This document shows positions 37,710 through 47,829 of a DNA stretch of 64,000 nt, piece after piece. The notes below the pieces were generated by a model, which saw only the letters and a list, made by a program, of their open reading frames with translations, made no database searches and had not been told where the DNA came from. The position numbers were made by a program, and so were the translations under genes. Origin of the DNA: Nitrospiraceae bacterium (GTDB taxonomy: Bacteria; Nitrospirota; Nitrospiria; Nitrospirales; Nitrospiraceae); assembly GCA_050246315.1 (NCBI GenBank), contig JBFWWG010000002.1, positions 492,811 through 556,810 on the forward strand, given 5' to 3'. The stretch's first letter is position 1. The number at the start of each line of letters is the position of its first letter.

Positions 37710-39434
37710 TTACACCTGAAACTGGGCGTCGTAGAGGCCTGCGTAGACGCCACCATGCTCCATCAACCGATCGTGGGTGCCTTCCTCGACGATCCGACCA
37801 TGGTCGAGCACGACGATCCGATCGACATCATGCAGGGTCGAGAGCCGATGGGCGATGATGAAGGTGGTGCGCCCTTTGGTGAGTTCGTTCAACGCCTCGC
37901 GGATTTTCACTTCGGTTTCCGTGTCGATGTTCGAGGTGGCTTCGTCGAAGATGACAATCGGGGGGTTCTTGAGCAACACCCGCGCGATCGACACCCGCTG
38001 CTTCTGCCCCACGGAGAGTTTGACGCCACGCTCGCCGATCCATGTGTCATAACCCTCGGGCAACTTCCGAATAAAGTCATGCGCCCGTGCCACTTCCGCC
38101 ACCGCCTCGATTCGGACCTGATCGGCCGAGAGGTCGCCGTAGGCAATGTTTTCGCGCACCGTGCCGTTGAAGAGGAACGGCTCCTGTTGCACGAGCCCGA
38201 TTTGGCTGCGAAGAAAGGCCAACGGTAGGTCGCGGATACCATACCTGTCGATCGAGATTGAACCACCCTTCGCGTCGTAGAACCGCATCAGCAACTTCAA
38301 CAAGGTGCTCTTGCCGGCGCCGCTCGGCCCGACCAGCGCCACCCGTTCCCCTGCCCTGACCGAGAGAGTCACCTCCCGCAAGACCGGCACATCCGGCCGG
38401 TAATGAAAGTGGACCTGGGCAAATCGGACGGCGCCTTCAAGACGAGCCGCGGGAGCGACCGCTCCGGGTTTATCCGTCACCTCCGGCCGCGTATCGAGCA
38501 CTTCGAAGACGCGTTCACTCGCCGCCAGGGCATGTTGCAGCATGTGGTTGACGGAATGGATCTGGTTGATCGGGACATAGAAGAGCGCCAGATAGGACAA
38601 AAACAGGACCAGCTCGCCGAGCGTCAATCGTCCTGCCAGAACCTCGGCCGAGCCGTACCAGAGGATCAACACCGTCCCCAGGCTCCCGACGAAAATCATG
38701 CTGGGTGAATAAACAGACCAGAGGTACATGGCTTTGAGGTTGCTCCGGCTGTACTCCTGGCTGAGCCGATTGAAGCGGTTCTGCTCATAGGACTGCCGGT
38801 TGAATCCCATCGATTCGCGGACCCCGGAGATCGCATCCTGCAGGTAGCTGTTCAGCTCGGCCAGGCCCTTCCTCACCTGGTGATAGTAGCCATGCACCGT
38901 GGTCGTGAAGTGGCTCGCGGAGAACACAAGAATCGGAATGGGCACCAAGGCCAGCATGGCAAGCTTCCAATTCAAACTCACCAGCATGATCATAATGCCT
39001 ACTAGCGTCAGGCAGGCCGTCAGCACTCCCTCCAATCCGTCGATAAAAATCCGCTCCACATGCTCCGTATCGTTGGAGACGCGGGACATGATCTCGCCGG
39101 TGGAACGGTTCTCGAAATAGCTGATCGACAACCGCTGGAGCGCGGCGAAGACTTCCTGGCGCAGGTCGTGAACGACCTGCTGCTCCAGCCGGTTGTTCAG
39201 CCTGATACGCAAGGACGCAAAGAGGTTTTTCAGTCCGTAGGCGACGACCAACCCGGCCAGAATCCATGGCAGCCACAACGGTTGGTTGGCCTGGATCACA
39301 TCGTCAATGACGATCTTGATGAACCAGGGCGGTACCAACTCCATGGCAGTGGCCGAGGCGGCACAGAGCACGGTGGCGATCGCCAGCCATCGGTAAGGAC
39401 GAAGATAGTAGAGGACGCGTAAGAGGGACTTCAC
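37710..39434 (-). CDS. ABC transporter, fused permease/ATPase (MsbA-like)
   Basis: TM domain plus GPSGAGKS, LSVGQKQR, IFDEATS, IAHRLST. Confidence 0.95.
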   Translation of the reverse strand: MKSLLRVLYYLRPYRWLAIATVLCAASATAMELVPPWFIKIVIDDVIQANQPLWLPWILAGLVVAYGLKNLFASLRIRLNNRLEQQVVHDLRQEVFAALQRLSISYFENRSTGEIMSRVSNDTEHVERIFIDGLEGVLTACLTLVGIMIMLVSLNWKLAMLALVPIPILVFSASHFTTTVHGYYHQVRKGLAELNSYLQDAISGVRESMGFNRQSYEQNRFNRLSQEYSRSNLKAMYLWSVYSPSMIFVGSLGTVLILWYGSAEVLAGRLTLGELVLFLSYLALFYVPINQIHSVNHMLQHALAASERVFEVLDTRPEVTDKPGAVAPAARLEGAVRFAQVHFHYRPDVPVLREVTLSVRAGERVALVGPSGAGKSTLLKLLMRFYDAKGGSISIDRYGIRDLPLAFLRSQIGLVQQEPFLFNGTVRENIAYGDLSADQVRIEAVAEVARAHDFIRKLPEGYDTWIGERGVKLSVGQKQRVSIARVLLKNPPIVIFDEATSNIDTETEVKIREALNELTKGRTTFIIAHRLSTLHDVDRIVVLDHGRIVEEGTHDRLMEHGGVYAGLYDAQFQV

Positions 39435-39526
39435 AAGGATATCGAGGTCGTTACTTCATCATACGGCACGACTGTACGGATGGGCAGCAATTGACGAAGA
39501 TTTTTTCATGCGAACGCCACGTCTCC

Positions 39527-40879
39527 TTAGCAATGTGTCCGCTCAGCCAAGGACGGTCTCGTATCCTTGCCGGTCCCGACACGAACTTCAATCCTCCCGA
39601 CGCCCTTCACATTGGCGCAGAGATCTCCCAGGCCCGGCGTGACAAGCCGGAATGGCCCGCCCTTCGCGTCAGGCAGCGATTCGCCGTCCAGTTCGTAAAT
39701 CAGAAGCCCATGCGCGCGCGCCTGCTGTAACGTCAAGGTGGCGGCATACTTGCCGTCCAGAGAATGAAACGTGACATGATCGGCCTCGATCGCCAACGCC
39801 GGCACATCGAGGAGCCCACTCACTTTAATGGCCCGCCCCTTCATCCCGGACACGACAGATCCGACCTCGGCCACCTGAAGATCCTTCGGTAATTGACCGA
39901 CCGCCTGTCGATCAAGAGTCACCGGTTGGACCACGGCTCCATCGATACGGAGTACGCCGGGCCCCGTCCGATCGGTGGTCGTGATCACCTTGATCATGGC
40001 CGTCAGAGCCTCGTTCACCGGCGTCGGAATGCCCAGTGCTCGCCCCTTCTGCACGATGTAGCCGTTCAAGTAGTCGATCTCCGTCGGGCGACCGGCCTTC
40101 CAGTCGTCATACATGGAGGTGTGGATATCCCGAAGCTCCTGCGTCCAGGTCACAACCCGATCGGCCATGTCCGGCGCGAGCGGCACCTTCAGCGCGGCAG
40201 ACACCGCCATCACCTCCTGGACGATCTGTTGGATGACCCGCAACATCTCCGGGTGATCCAACGCCTTGGCCACCCGGTCGTTGACCAGGACCGTCAGCGG
40301 ATTGAACACGCAATTCCAACACATCTTCTCCCACTTGCTTCGCCGTACGTCCTTGGAAAGCTGACAGGGAATCCCGGCTGCTGTGAATAGGTCGCGGATC
40401 TTCAAGAGCCGCTCGCTCTCGTGGCCCATCAGCTCGCCGATGGCCACCGCGCCCTTCTTATAGTGCTCGATCACCCCAGGCTCGGCGATCTTAGAATAGA
40501 TGAACGCCACCCCGCCGACGACACAATCCCGCTTAAACCGCGCGATCAGCCGGTCTTCTGTATCCACACCGTTCTGTAATGTCAGCAGGACGGTCCTCTC
40601 GGCGATGACGGGGGCCAGTTTCGCCGTCACTTCGTCGAGGTCGTAGGCCTTGACCGAGAGGATGATGAGGTCCGGCGGAGGCAATTCCCTGGGATCGGAT
40701 GCTGCGGGCGGATGAACGGTGAACGTTCCACCGGCGCTGCGAACGGTCAGACCGCGCGCCTTCACAGCTTCCAGCGTCCTGGGTCGCAACAGGAACGAGA
40801 CGTTCGGATTGGCCTTAGCCAAATGGGCGCCGAAAAATCCGCCGACAGATCCAGCCCCTACTACCAGGATATTGCGCAT
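39527..40879 (-). CDS. panE: 2-dehydropantoate 2-reductase with C-terminal molybdopterin-oxidoreductase-like domain
   Basis: VVGAGSVGG, SVKAYD, LQNG, WEK, SMYDD, TEIDYLNG; ~150 extra aa ending GGPFRLVTPG...NVKGVGRIEV. Confidence 0.85.
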   Translation of the reverse strand: MRNILVVGAGSVGGFFGAHLAKANPNVSFLLRPRTLEAVKARGLTVRSAGGTFTVHPPAASDPRELPPPDLIILSVKAYDLDEVTAKLAPVIAERTVLLTLQNGVDTEDRLIARFKRDCVVGGVAFIYSKIAEPGVIEHYKKGAVAIGELMGHESERLLKIRDLFTAAGIPCQLSKDVRRSKWEKMCWNCVFNPLTVLVNDRVAKALDHPEMLRVIQQIVQEVMAVSAALKVPLAPDMADRVVTWTQELRDIHTSMYDDWKAGRPTEIDYLNGYIVQKGRALGIPTPVNEALTAMIKVITTTDRTGPGVLRIDGAVVQPVTLDRQAVGQLPKDLQVAEVGSVVSGMKGRAIKVSGLLDVPALAIEADHVTFHSLDGKYAATLTLQQARAHGLLIYELDGESLPDAKGGPFRLVTPGLGDLCANVKGVGRIEVRVGTGKDTRPSLAERTHC

Positions 40880-40966
40880 GATCGATCCCCCCGACGAGAC
40901 AGGATAAGGGCGGTACTATAGCACGGAGCAGAAAACCTCGGCACGGAGGTATAATGCGGTTCATCC

Positions 40967-41689
40967 ATGACCAACAGGATCTCCGAAGTCAGAGAGCGAC
41001 TGACACAAGCGAGACGAGTCACCGTGCTCACGGGGGCCGGCATTTCGGCCGACAGCGGTGTGCCCACATTTCGTGGGACAGACGGGCTCTGGCGAAACTT
41101 CCGCGCGGAAGATCTGGCCACGCCGGAGGCGTTCGAGCGCGATCCGAGATTGGTGTGGGAGTGGTACAACTGGCGGCGGGAGTTGATTGCGACCAAGCAG
41201 CCGAACCAGGCCCACGAGGCTCTGACGATCTTGGAGAGGCAGGTCAAAGACTTCTGGCTGATTACCCAGAACGTAGACGGTCTGCACCGGGCAGCAGGTT
41301 CGACCAAGCTCTCGGAGATTCACGGCAATATCTGGAAGGTTCGCTGTACCGGCTGCGGCACGATTGCGGACAATCGCGATGTGCCGATGCGCCTGCTCCC
41401 TTCTTGTTCAGGCTGCGAATCGCTGCTGAGACCGCACATCGTTTGGTTCGGAGAATCCCTCGCACCGGAAGACATCAATCGAATCTATGCCGCGCTGGAA
41501 GGTTGCGAGGTTTTGCTGATCGTCGGCACGTCGGGGCTCGTCTATCCGGCCGCTTCCTTCGCTCCGATCGCCAAATCTGCCGGCGCGTTCGTGGTCGAGG
41601 TCAATCTCGACTCGACCCCCAACAGCAATCTGGTCGATATTTCATTGCAGGGACGAGCCAAGGATCTGGTCCCACTGCTGATCTCCTGA
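40967..41689 (+). CDS. cobB: NAD-dependent protein deacylase (sirtuin)
   Basis: GAGISADSGVPTFRG, TQNVDGLH, IHG, CxxC pairs, LRPHIVWFGE, GTSG. Confidence 0.95.
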   Translation: MTNRISEVRERLTQARRVTVLTGAGISADSGVPTFRGTDGLWRNFRAEDLATPEAFERDPRLVWEWYNWRRELIATKQPNQAHEALTILERQVKDFWLITQNVDGLHRAAGSTKLSEIHGNIWKVRCTGCGTIADNRDVPMRLLPSCSGCESLLRPHIVWFGESLAPEDINRIYAALEGCEVLLIVGTSGLVYPAASFAPIAKSAGAFVVEVNLDSTPNSNLVDISLQGRAKDLVPLLIS

Positions 41690-41716
41690 CAGAACTCTGC
41701 GCAGCATCCCTCCAAC

Positions 41717-42466
41717 CTACCGAGATCCCACCAGTCCTGTCAGTTCGGACAAGCTCCTGATCGTTCGATAGGGATTAATCCCCTGCGGCGGCGCGAGGTC
41801 CGGCTGATCGCCCTGACGTCGGATCAGCACTGCGGCGAGGCCGGCCTTTTGTGCGCCCATCACGTCATCCCGGAGACTGTCCCCAATGTGCAGGGCTTCC
41901 TCCGGATCGAGCGCATGCTTTTCCAGGGCCAATCGAAAAATTCCGGGCGCCGGTTTCGCCGATCGAGCTAACGAAGAGATGGTGACGGTATCGAAATAGT
42001 CGGCGATTCCAAGCCCCTTGAGAACATTGAATAGACGGCTGTCAAAGTTCGAAATAATGCCCAACTCCACCCCACGATCCCGCAGGCCTTTCAATACGTC
42101 GATCGTTTCCGGGTACAGTTCCCAGAACTCCGGGCCGTCGAATCGCCGGAACACCTCTTCAAAAAAGTCGTCGAATCGCTCGAACAGGCCCACACGATAA
42201 AAAACATTGTGCACCACGTCGAACCACCAGAGCCGCTCGCACCGTTTGATCTCGGCCGGATCGCTGACCTGGAAGACAGGCGGCGGCGCATCCTGCATCG
42301 CACGCTTGAACGCTCCCGTGATCGCCTCGCGCGAGTCCGACCCTCGGCGGAAGCCGTATGGAACCGCCAACTCGAGGTAGATGTCTGCAACGGAACGCTT
42401 CACCCGGAACAGCGTCCCGGCAGCATCGAAGAACACGACATTGATCAAGGAGCCCGGCGATACCAT
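41717..42466 (-). CDS. HAD-IA family hydrolase
   Basis: FFDAAGTL, ISNFD, KP, HIGDSLRDDV; start trimmed to ATG 42466. Confidence 0.9.
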   Translation of the reverse strand: MVSPGSLINVVFFDAAGTLFRVKRSVADIYLELAVPYGFRRGSDSREAITGAFKRAMQDAPPPVFQVSDPAEIKRCERLWWFDVVHNVFYRVGLFERFDDFFEEVFRRFDGPEFWELYPETIDVLKGLRDRGVELGIISNFDSRLFNVLKGLGIADYFDTVTISSLARSAKPAPGIFRLALEKHALDPEEALHIGDSLRDDVMGAQKAGLAAVLIRRQGDQPDLAPPQGINPYRTIRSLSELTGLVGSR

Positions 42467-42553
42467 CACCGACAGAGCTCCGCTTCGATCAAACGAACCT
42501 CGGGCATCACGTCGAGAAACATAACGATAACCACGTGAAATCGGGCATTTCTT

Positions 42554-42582
42554 TTGACAAGGTCTCCCCCCTCTGCTAGCGT
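42554..42582 (+). promoter_or_regulatory. sigma70-type promoter
   Basis: TTGACA (42554-42559), 17 bp, TAGCGT with extended TG, upstream of ATG 42611. Confidence 0.5.
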
Positions 42583-42610
42583 CGATTCCATTGACAACAA
42601 GGGGTCTCTC

Positions 42611-43873
42611 ATGGCGTCCACACTCTTTGTCATCGACAGCAGCCCGGCCGTCCGCCGCATGATCGAACAACTCTCATCCGACCAGGGATACGAGGTCTAT
42701 AGCTTCCTGGACGGGCCCGCTGCCCTGGAGGCCGCGAGAAAGATGCCTCCGAAGGCCGTCATCGCAGATTACCATTTGAACAAGATCACCTTTTCCAGTT
42801 TTTGCAAGGAGCTCAATAAGCTCGACAATCTCACCGACACCCCGATCATCTCGCTGATCGATTCAGCCGATCACCCGGACGAAGGATTGTACCGCTCGCT
42901 CGGTGTGGCCGTCTTCCTCACCAAGCCGCTCCAACCGGGCAACCTATTAGAAACCCTCCGGGCGTTGGACACAGCCGGACAACCGGCTGTCAAAAAGGGA
43001 AAAGCGAGACGGACCTGGCCTCCTACCTCCCAAGCCACCGATCTGGAAGAGGGTGAGAGTCCCATCGAGGCCGGAGAAGAGTTGAATTTCTCGTTCGAGC
43101 CGGTCAAATCCAGTGGAGAGTCTGTCCCGACCCCGTCGGACGTTCCGCCAACCCCGAGACTTCAGGCCGATCAGGGGACGCCGGGTCAACCTCGTCCCCT
43201 ATCCCATATTCAACCGGCAGACGCCCGTTCCTCCGAACCCCCATCGTCGTCGAGACCTCCCGTTGCACCGCCTCACTTGGAGTTGGCCAGCAAGACCTTC
43301 TTCGATGCCATGGCCTCGGGCGTTGCCAGACAGGTGACCGAGTCCCTCACGGCATCTGTTCAAAGCCTCGTGTCCCGCGAAGTGGAACGTCAGGTCAATG
43401 AGAAAGTCCAGGATGCGGTGCGCACTCACCTCGCCGAAACTCTGTCGCCGGACGCCTTAACCGGTTCCATCGAGCCAATTGTGCGGCATGAGTTGCCCAG
43501 TCTGGTCAGCCAGCAGATTTCGAGCCACCTGGTCTCCCTGGAGCCGACCGTCCTTCATCGGATGGAGGAGACCACCAGACCCGCCATAGAATCAGCCGTC
43601 CAAGCCGCCGTAGAGCAAGCCACCGTCAATGCGATTGAACCGGCTGTCCAAAAGGTTCTGCCTGATGCCGTGCACCGACAGCTCGGCGACCTCGATCACG
43701 TGGTCACGAGCACGATCCAGGAGATGGTCGGGAGCCTGATGCGAGACGTACTGGAACGGGTAGCACGTGACATCGCCCAGACACGGATCGAACAGGCCGT
43801 GCAAGAGATCGTCCCCGCCGTGGCGGAAACTCAGGTGAGTGAAGAGATCAAACGCTTAAGTGCGCTCGAATAG
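42611..43873 (+). CDS. response regulator: receiver + Pro-rich linker + helical C-terminus (RomR-like)
   Basis: VIDSS, IADY, FLTKP receiver motifs; C-terminal EIVPAVAETQVSEEIKRL. Confidence 0.75.
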   Translation: MASTLFVIDSSPAVRRMIEQLSSDQGYEVYSFLDGPAALEAARKMPPKAVIADYHLNKITFSSFCKELNKLDNLTDTPIISLIDSADHPDEGLYRSLGVAVFLTKPLQPGNLLETLRALDTAGQPAVKKGKARRTWPPTSQATDLEEGESPIEAGEELNFSFEPVKSSGESVPTPSDVPPTPRLQADQGTPGQPRPLSHIQPADARSSEPPSSSRPPVAPPHLELASKTFFDAMASGVARQVTESLTASVQSLVSREVERQVNEKVQDAVRTHLAETLSPDALTGSIEPIVRHELPSLVSQQISSHLVSLEPTVLHRMEETTRPAIESAVQAAVEQATVNAIEPAVQKVLPDAVHRQLGDLDHVVTSTIQEMVGSLMRDVLERVARDIAQTRIEQAVQEIVPAVAETQVSEEIKRLSALE

Positions 43874-44190
43874 CCGCCTGCACGCAGGAATCCGAGCCCT
43901 CAGGACTTCTTCGTCTTTTTTGCCGCCGCCCGCCGCGCCCGAGCCAACCCTTTCATCCGCTGCACATTCTTCCGATGTTTCCGTCTAACCTTCCGATCCT
44001 TCTCTCGTCCTCTGGGCATCGTCATTCATCTCCGGGTTAAGTGCCACGCCGCCGTCTCCACCGGCCGGACGGCGCCCGATCTATAGCACAGGAGTTTCGG
44101 GCGTACAAGCACCACTGGGCCGAGATGCGCGCCTTGTCGCTCTATCACACGCATGCTAAGATGCCTTCCTTCAATCTGCCACAAACCTCC

Positions 44191-46941
44191 ATGAGCCATC
44201 GCGACCTTCCCAAGATTTACGACCCGCATGAGGTCGAGCAACGGTGGTACGATTTTTGGACCAAGCGAGGCTATTTTCATGCCCGCGCTGAGGACCCGGC
44301 GCAATCCTATTCCATCGTCATTCCTCCGCCTAATGTGACCGGCTCGCTCCACGTCGGACATGCGCTGAACAATTCATTGCAAGACATCCTCATCCGCTGG
44401 CGACGGATGCAGGGGCGCAACACGCTTTGGGTCCCAGGAATGGATCACGCCGGGATCGCCACGCAAAACGTGGTGGAGCGGAGGCTTACGGAAGAGGGCC
44501 TTTCCCGCGAAGCGCTTGGACGAGAGCAGTTCATCGAACGGGTCTGGGCCTGGAAAGAACAGTCCGGCGGGACCATCCTGCGACAACTCAGACGGCTGGG
44601 CGCCTCCTGCGACTGGGATCGCACCCGTTTCACGATGGATGAAGGGCTATCGAAGGCGGTCCGCGAGGTCTTTGTGCGCCTCCACGAAGACGGACTCCTC
44701 TATCGAGGCGAACGGTTGATCAACTGGTGTCCGCGCTGCCTCACCGCCCTCTCGGACATCGAAGTTGAGCATGAAGAGATCACGGGAAAACTCTATACGA
44801 TTCGCTATCCGCTGGCCGGCGATCCGTCACGATTTCTGTTGGTCGCCACGACCCGCCCTGAGACGATGCTCGGCGACACGGCAGTCGCCGTCCATCCGGA
44901 GGATGATCGTTACAAAGCTCTCATCGGCCGGCGGGCTTCGCTGCCCCTCACGAGCCGGACCATTCCAATCGTCGGGGACCCCATCCTCGTGGATCGCGAG
45001 TTCGGGACCGGCGCGGTCAAGATTACGCCGGCCCACGACTTTAACGACTTTGAAGCAGGCGAGCGGCATGGGCTCTCCAGAATCAAGATCCTGGATATCC
45101 ATGCCCAGCTCCAGGCCGGTCGCCTCGCAGAAGGTGCGCTGGCTGACCAGAACGTGATTCAAGCCGTCGCCGACCTTCCGGTTTCGAAGGCCCGTCCAAA
45201 GATTGAGCAGTTGCTCACCGAACGAGGTCTTCTCGACAAGGTCGATCCGCACAAGATGGCGCTCGGCAAATGCTACCGCTGCAAGACGGTCGTCGAACCA
45301 TTCTTGTCAGACCAGTGGTTCGTGAAGATCAAGCCGCTGGCAGAACCGGCCATCCAGGCCGTCGTGGACGGTCGCATCACGATTGTTCCGGAAGCCTGGA
45401 AGAACAACTATCTCGGCTGGATGCGAGACATCAAGGACTGGTGCATATCCAGACAAATCTGGTGGGGGCATCAGATTCCCGCTTGGTACTGCGAAACCTG
45501 TTATGGAAGGGCGTTCACTCGTCGATCCTCGGACGGAGTTCCGGTCATTCCATCTGACGCGGTTCCCATCGTTGGCAGGTCACAACCGGTATCCTGTCTC
45601 AAGGGTCACAGCGGAAGTCTCGTCCAGGACCCCGATGTGCTCGACACCTGGTTTTCGTCCGCCCTCTGGCCCTTCTCGACGCTGGGCTGGCCCGAGCAGA
45701 CGGCCGACCTGAAGAAGTATTACCCGACCGCCACATTGGTCACCGGGCTCGATATCCTGTTTTTCTGGGTCGCGCGTATGATCATGATGGGGCTGAAGTT
45801 CATGGGCGAGGTGCCGTTCCGCGAGGTCTATATCCATGCACTGGTCCGCGACGCCGAAGGGCAAAAGATGAGCAAGTCGAAGGGCAACGTCATCGACCCG
45901 CTCCATGTGATGGAACAGTACGGCACCGATGCCTTACGCTTCACCCTCGCCTCCATGTCCACACCGGGCCGTGACATCAAGCTTGCCGAGGAGCGGATCG
46001 AGGGCTACCGCAACTTCACCAACAAGATCTGGAACGCCGCCAGGTTCATCCTGATGAATCTGGAAGAACCACGAACATCGGTACCGGCCAAAGAGCGCTC
46101 TCTGCCGGATCGATGGATTCTGGCACGGTTAAGCGAAACGATCGGTTCCGTATCGCAGTCCTTGGAACACTATCGTTTTGACCAAGCTTGCTCGACCCTC
46201 TATCAGTTTGTCTGGCATGAGTACTGCGATTGGTACCTCGAGCTCGCGAAGGTGTCGTTGCAACAGCAGGACGCACCTGAAGCCGAATCCACGAAGCAGA
46301 CCCTGGCGGAATCCAGCGAAGTACTCATGCGGCTGTTGCACCCCTTCATGCCTTTCTTGACGGAGGAGATCTGGCAGACGCTTCCCCACGAAGGCGACAG
46401 TGTGATGATTCAGAGCTATCCTCGCGCCGATGCGGCCTGGGAGGACAAGGTAGCCCAGGAGGCCATCGCGCTCCTTCAACAGACAGTCGGCCTGGTCCGT
46501 ACCGCACGGTCGTTGCTGAACTATAGTCCCGCCGCCCAGGTCGCCTTTTTTGTCGAATGCCAGCAGGCCGGAAATACCGCCGCTCTGTCCCGCATGACTT
46601 CCTATCTCTCGTCCTTGGCTAAGGGACCGGCGCAAGTCGTCGTATCCCCGAGCCGGCCGACTGACAAGGTGCTGCGCCTGACCAGACAGGGCACGACCAT
46701 CGGCCTCACCGTGATGGGAGATGTGGACCTGCAGAAAGCCCTCGCGCGCATCGCCAAACAGCGCGAGGAGGAGACTCAGGAAGCCCGTCGCCTGGAGGGT
46801 AAATTAAAGAACAAGGACTTTGTCGACAAGGCGCCCGCCGAAGTGGTTGCCGACCATCACCAACGGTTAGCGCTGATTCAGGAGAATCAAACCATCCTCG
46901 ACAGCAGCATCAGCCAGCTCACGAGCATGTTGACACGATAA
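44191..46941 (+). CDS. valS: valine--tRNA ligase
   Basis: PPPNVTGSLHVGH, DWCISRQIWWGH, KMSKS; start MSHRDLPKIYDP. Confidence 0.98.
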   Translation: MSHRDLPKIYDPHEVEQRWYDFWTKRGYFHARAEDPAQSYSIVIPPPNVTGSLHVGHALNNSLQDILIRWRRMQGRNTLWVPGMDHAGIATQNVVERRLTEEGLSREALGREQFIERVWAWKEQSGGTILRQLRRLGASCDWDRTRFTMDEGLSKAVREVFVRLHEDGLLYRGERLINWCPRCLTALSDIEVEHEEITGKLYTIRYPLAGDPSRFLLVATTRPETMLGDTAVAVHPEDDRYKALIGRRASLPLTSRTIPIVGDPILVDREFGTGAVKITPAHDFNDFEAGERHGLSRIKILDIHAQLQAGRLAEGALADQNVIQAVADLPVSKARPKIEQLLTERGLLDKVDPHKMALGKCYRCKTVVEPFLSDQWFVKIKPLAEPAIQAVVDGRITIVPEAWKNNYLGWMRDIKDWCISRQIWWGHQIPAWYCETCYGRAFTRRSSDGVPVIPSDAVPIVGRSQPVSCLKGHSGSLVQDPDVLDTWFSSALWPFSTLGWPEQTADLKKYYPTATLVTGLDILFFWVARMIMMGLKFMGEVPFREVYIHALVRDAEGQKMSKSKGNVIDPLHVMEQYGTDALRFTLASMSTPGRDIKLAEERIEGYRNFTNKIWNAARFILMNLEEPRTSVPAKERSLPDRWILARLSETIGSVSQSLEHYRFDQACSTLYQFVWHEYCDWYLELAKVSLQQQDAPEAESTKQTLAESSEVLMRLLHPFMPFLTEEIWQTLPHEGDSVMIQSYPRADAAWEDKVAQEAIALLQQTVGLVRTARSLLNYSPAAQVAFFVECQQAGNTAALSRMTSYLSSLAKGPAQVVVSPSRPTDKVLRLTRQGTTIGLTVMGDVDLQKALARIAKQREEETQEARRLEGKLKNKDFVDKAPAEVVADHHQRLALIQENQTILDSSISQLTSMLTR

Positions 46942-46945
46942 CCCA

Positions 46946-47803
46946 ATGCAGCCGGTTTCACCTGAACAGATTCGCGAGGTCGTGATCAGGGCCCTGAAGG
47001 AAGACGCGCCCTTCGGCGACGTCACGACGACGGCTCTATTTTCCGAACCTGTACCAGCTTCTGCGGTTATCCTTGCCAAGCAACGCCTGACCGTGGCGGG
47101 CCTCGCGGTTGCGATCCGCACGTTTCAACAAGTTGATGCGGGCGTGACTGTCACCGAGCACCTATCGGACGGCTCGGTGGCGCAAACGGGAGCTGCCATC
47201 CTCACCGTCGCCGGAGACGCCCGATCTATACTAAGGGCGGAACGGGTTGCGCTGAACCTCTTGCAGCATCTCTCGGGGATCGCCACGCTCACCAGAGCCT
47301 ATTGCGACGCGATCCGCGGCTATCCGGCCAAAATTCTCGATACGCGCAAGACCCTGCCAGGTCTCCGGACCTTGGAAAAATGGGCGGTCACACTGGGTGG
47401 AGGGACCAACCATCGGTTTTCACTGAGCGACGGCATCATGATCAAAGACAACCATATCGCGCTGCTCGCGCAGGCGGGCCTGTCGCTGGCGGATGGCTGC
47501 CGCCGTGCCAGAGAGCGGGCCCCTCATCAACTGCGGATGATCGTCGAGGTCGATAGGTTGGAACAAATCCCCATGGCGCTCGCCGGAGGCGCTGACGTGA
47601 TCCTTCTAGACAATATGGTCCCAACCGACGTGCGTAAGGCTATTGATCTGATCAAGGGCCGGGCGCTGGTCGAGGTCTCCGGCGGCGTCGGCTTGGCGAC
47701 GGTACGGGACTATGCCGCGGCCGGGGCCGACTTCATCTCGATCGGGGCATTGACCCACTCGGCGCCCGCGGTGGACATCAGCCTCGACCTCAGCCCAGTG
47801 TAG
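46946..47803 (+). CDS. nadC: nicotinate-nucleotide diphosphorylase (carboxylating)
   Basis: GDVTT, ERVALN, DTRKTLPG, IKDNH, LLDNM, SIGALTHS. Confidence 0.96.
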   Translation: MQPVSPEQIREVVIRALKEDAPFGDVTTTALFSEPVPASAVILAKQRLTVAGLAVAIRTFQQVDAGVTVTEHLSDGSVAQTGAAILTVAGDARSILRAERVALNLLQHLSGIATLTRAYCDAIRGYPAKILDTRKTLPGLRTLEKWAVTLGGGTNHRFSLSDGIMIKDNHIALLAQAGLSLADGCRRARERAPHQLRMIVEVDRLEQIPMALAGGADVILLDNMVPTDVRKAIDLIKGRALVEVSGGVGLATVRDYAAAGADFISIGALTHSAPAVDISLDLSPV

Positions 47804-47829
47804 ATCGGAGGATCTGGCCCGGTCACGCT

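Noticed and set aside
37710..39434. ABC transporter as the lasso exporter
   Set aside because: 24 kb away among housekeeping genes with no linking evidence
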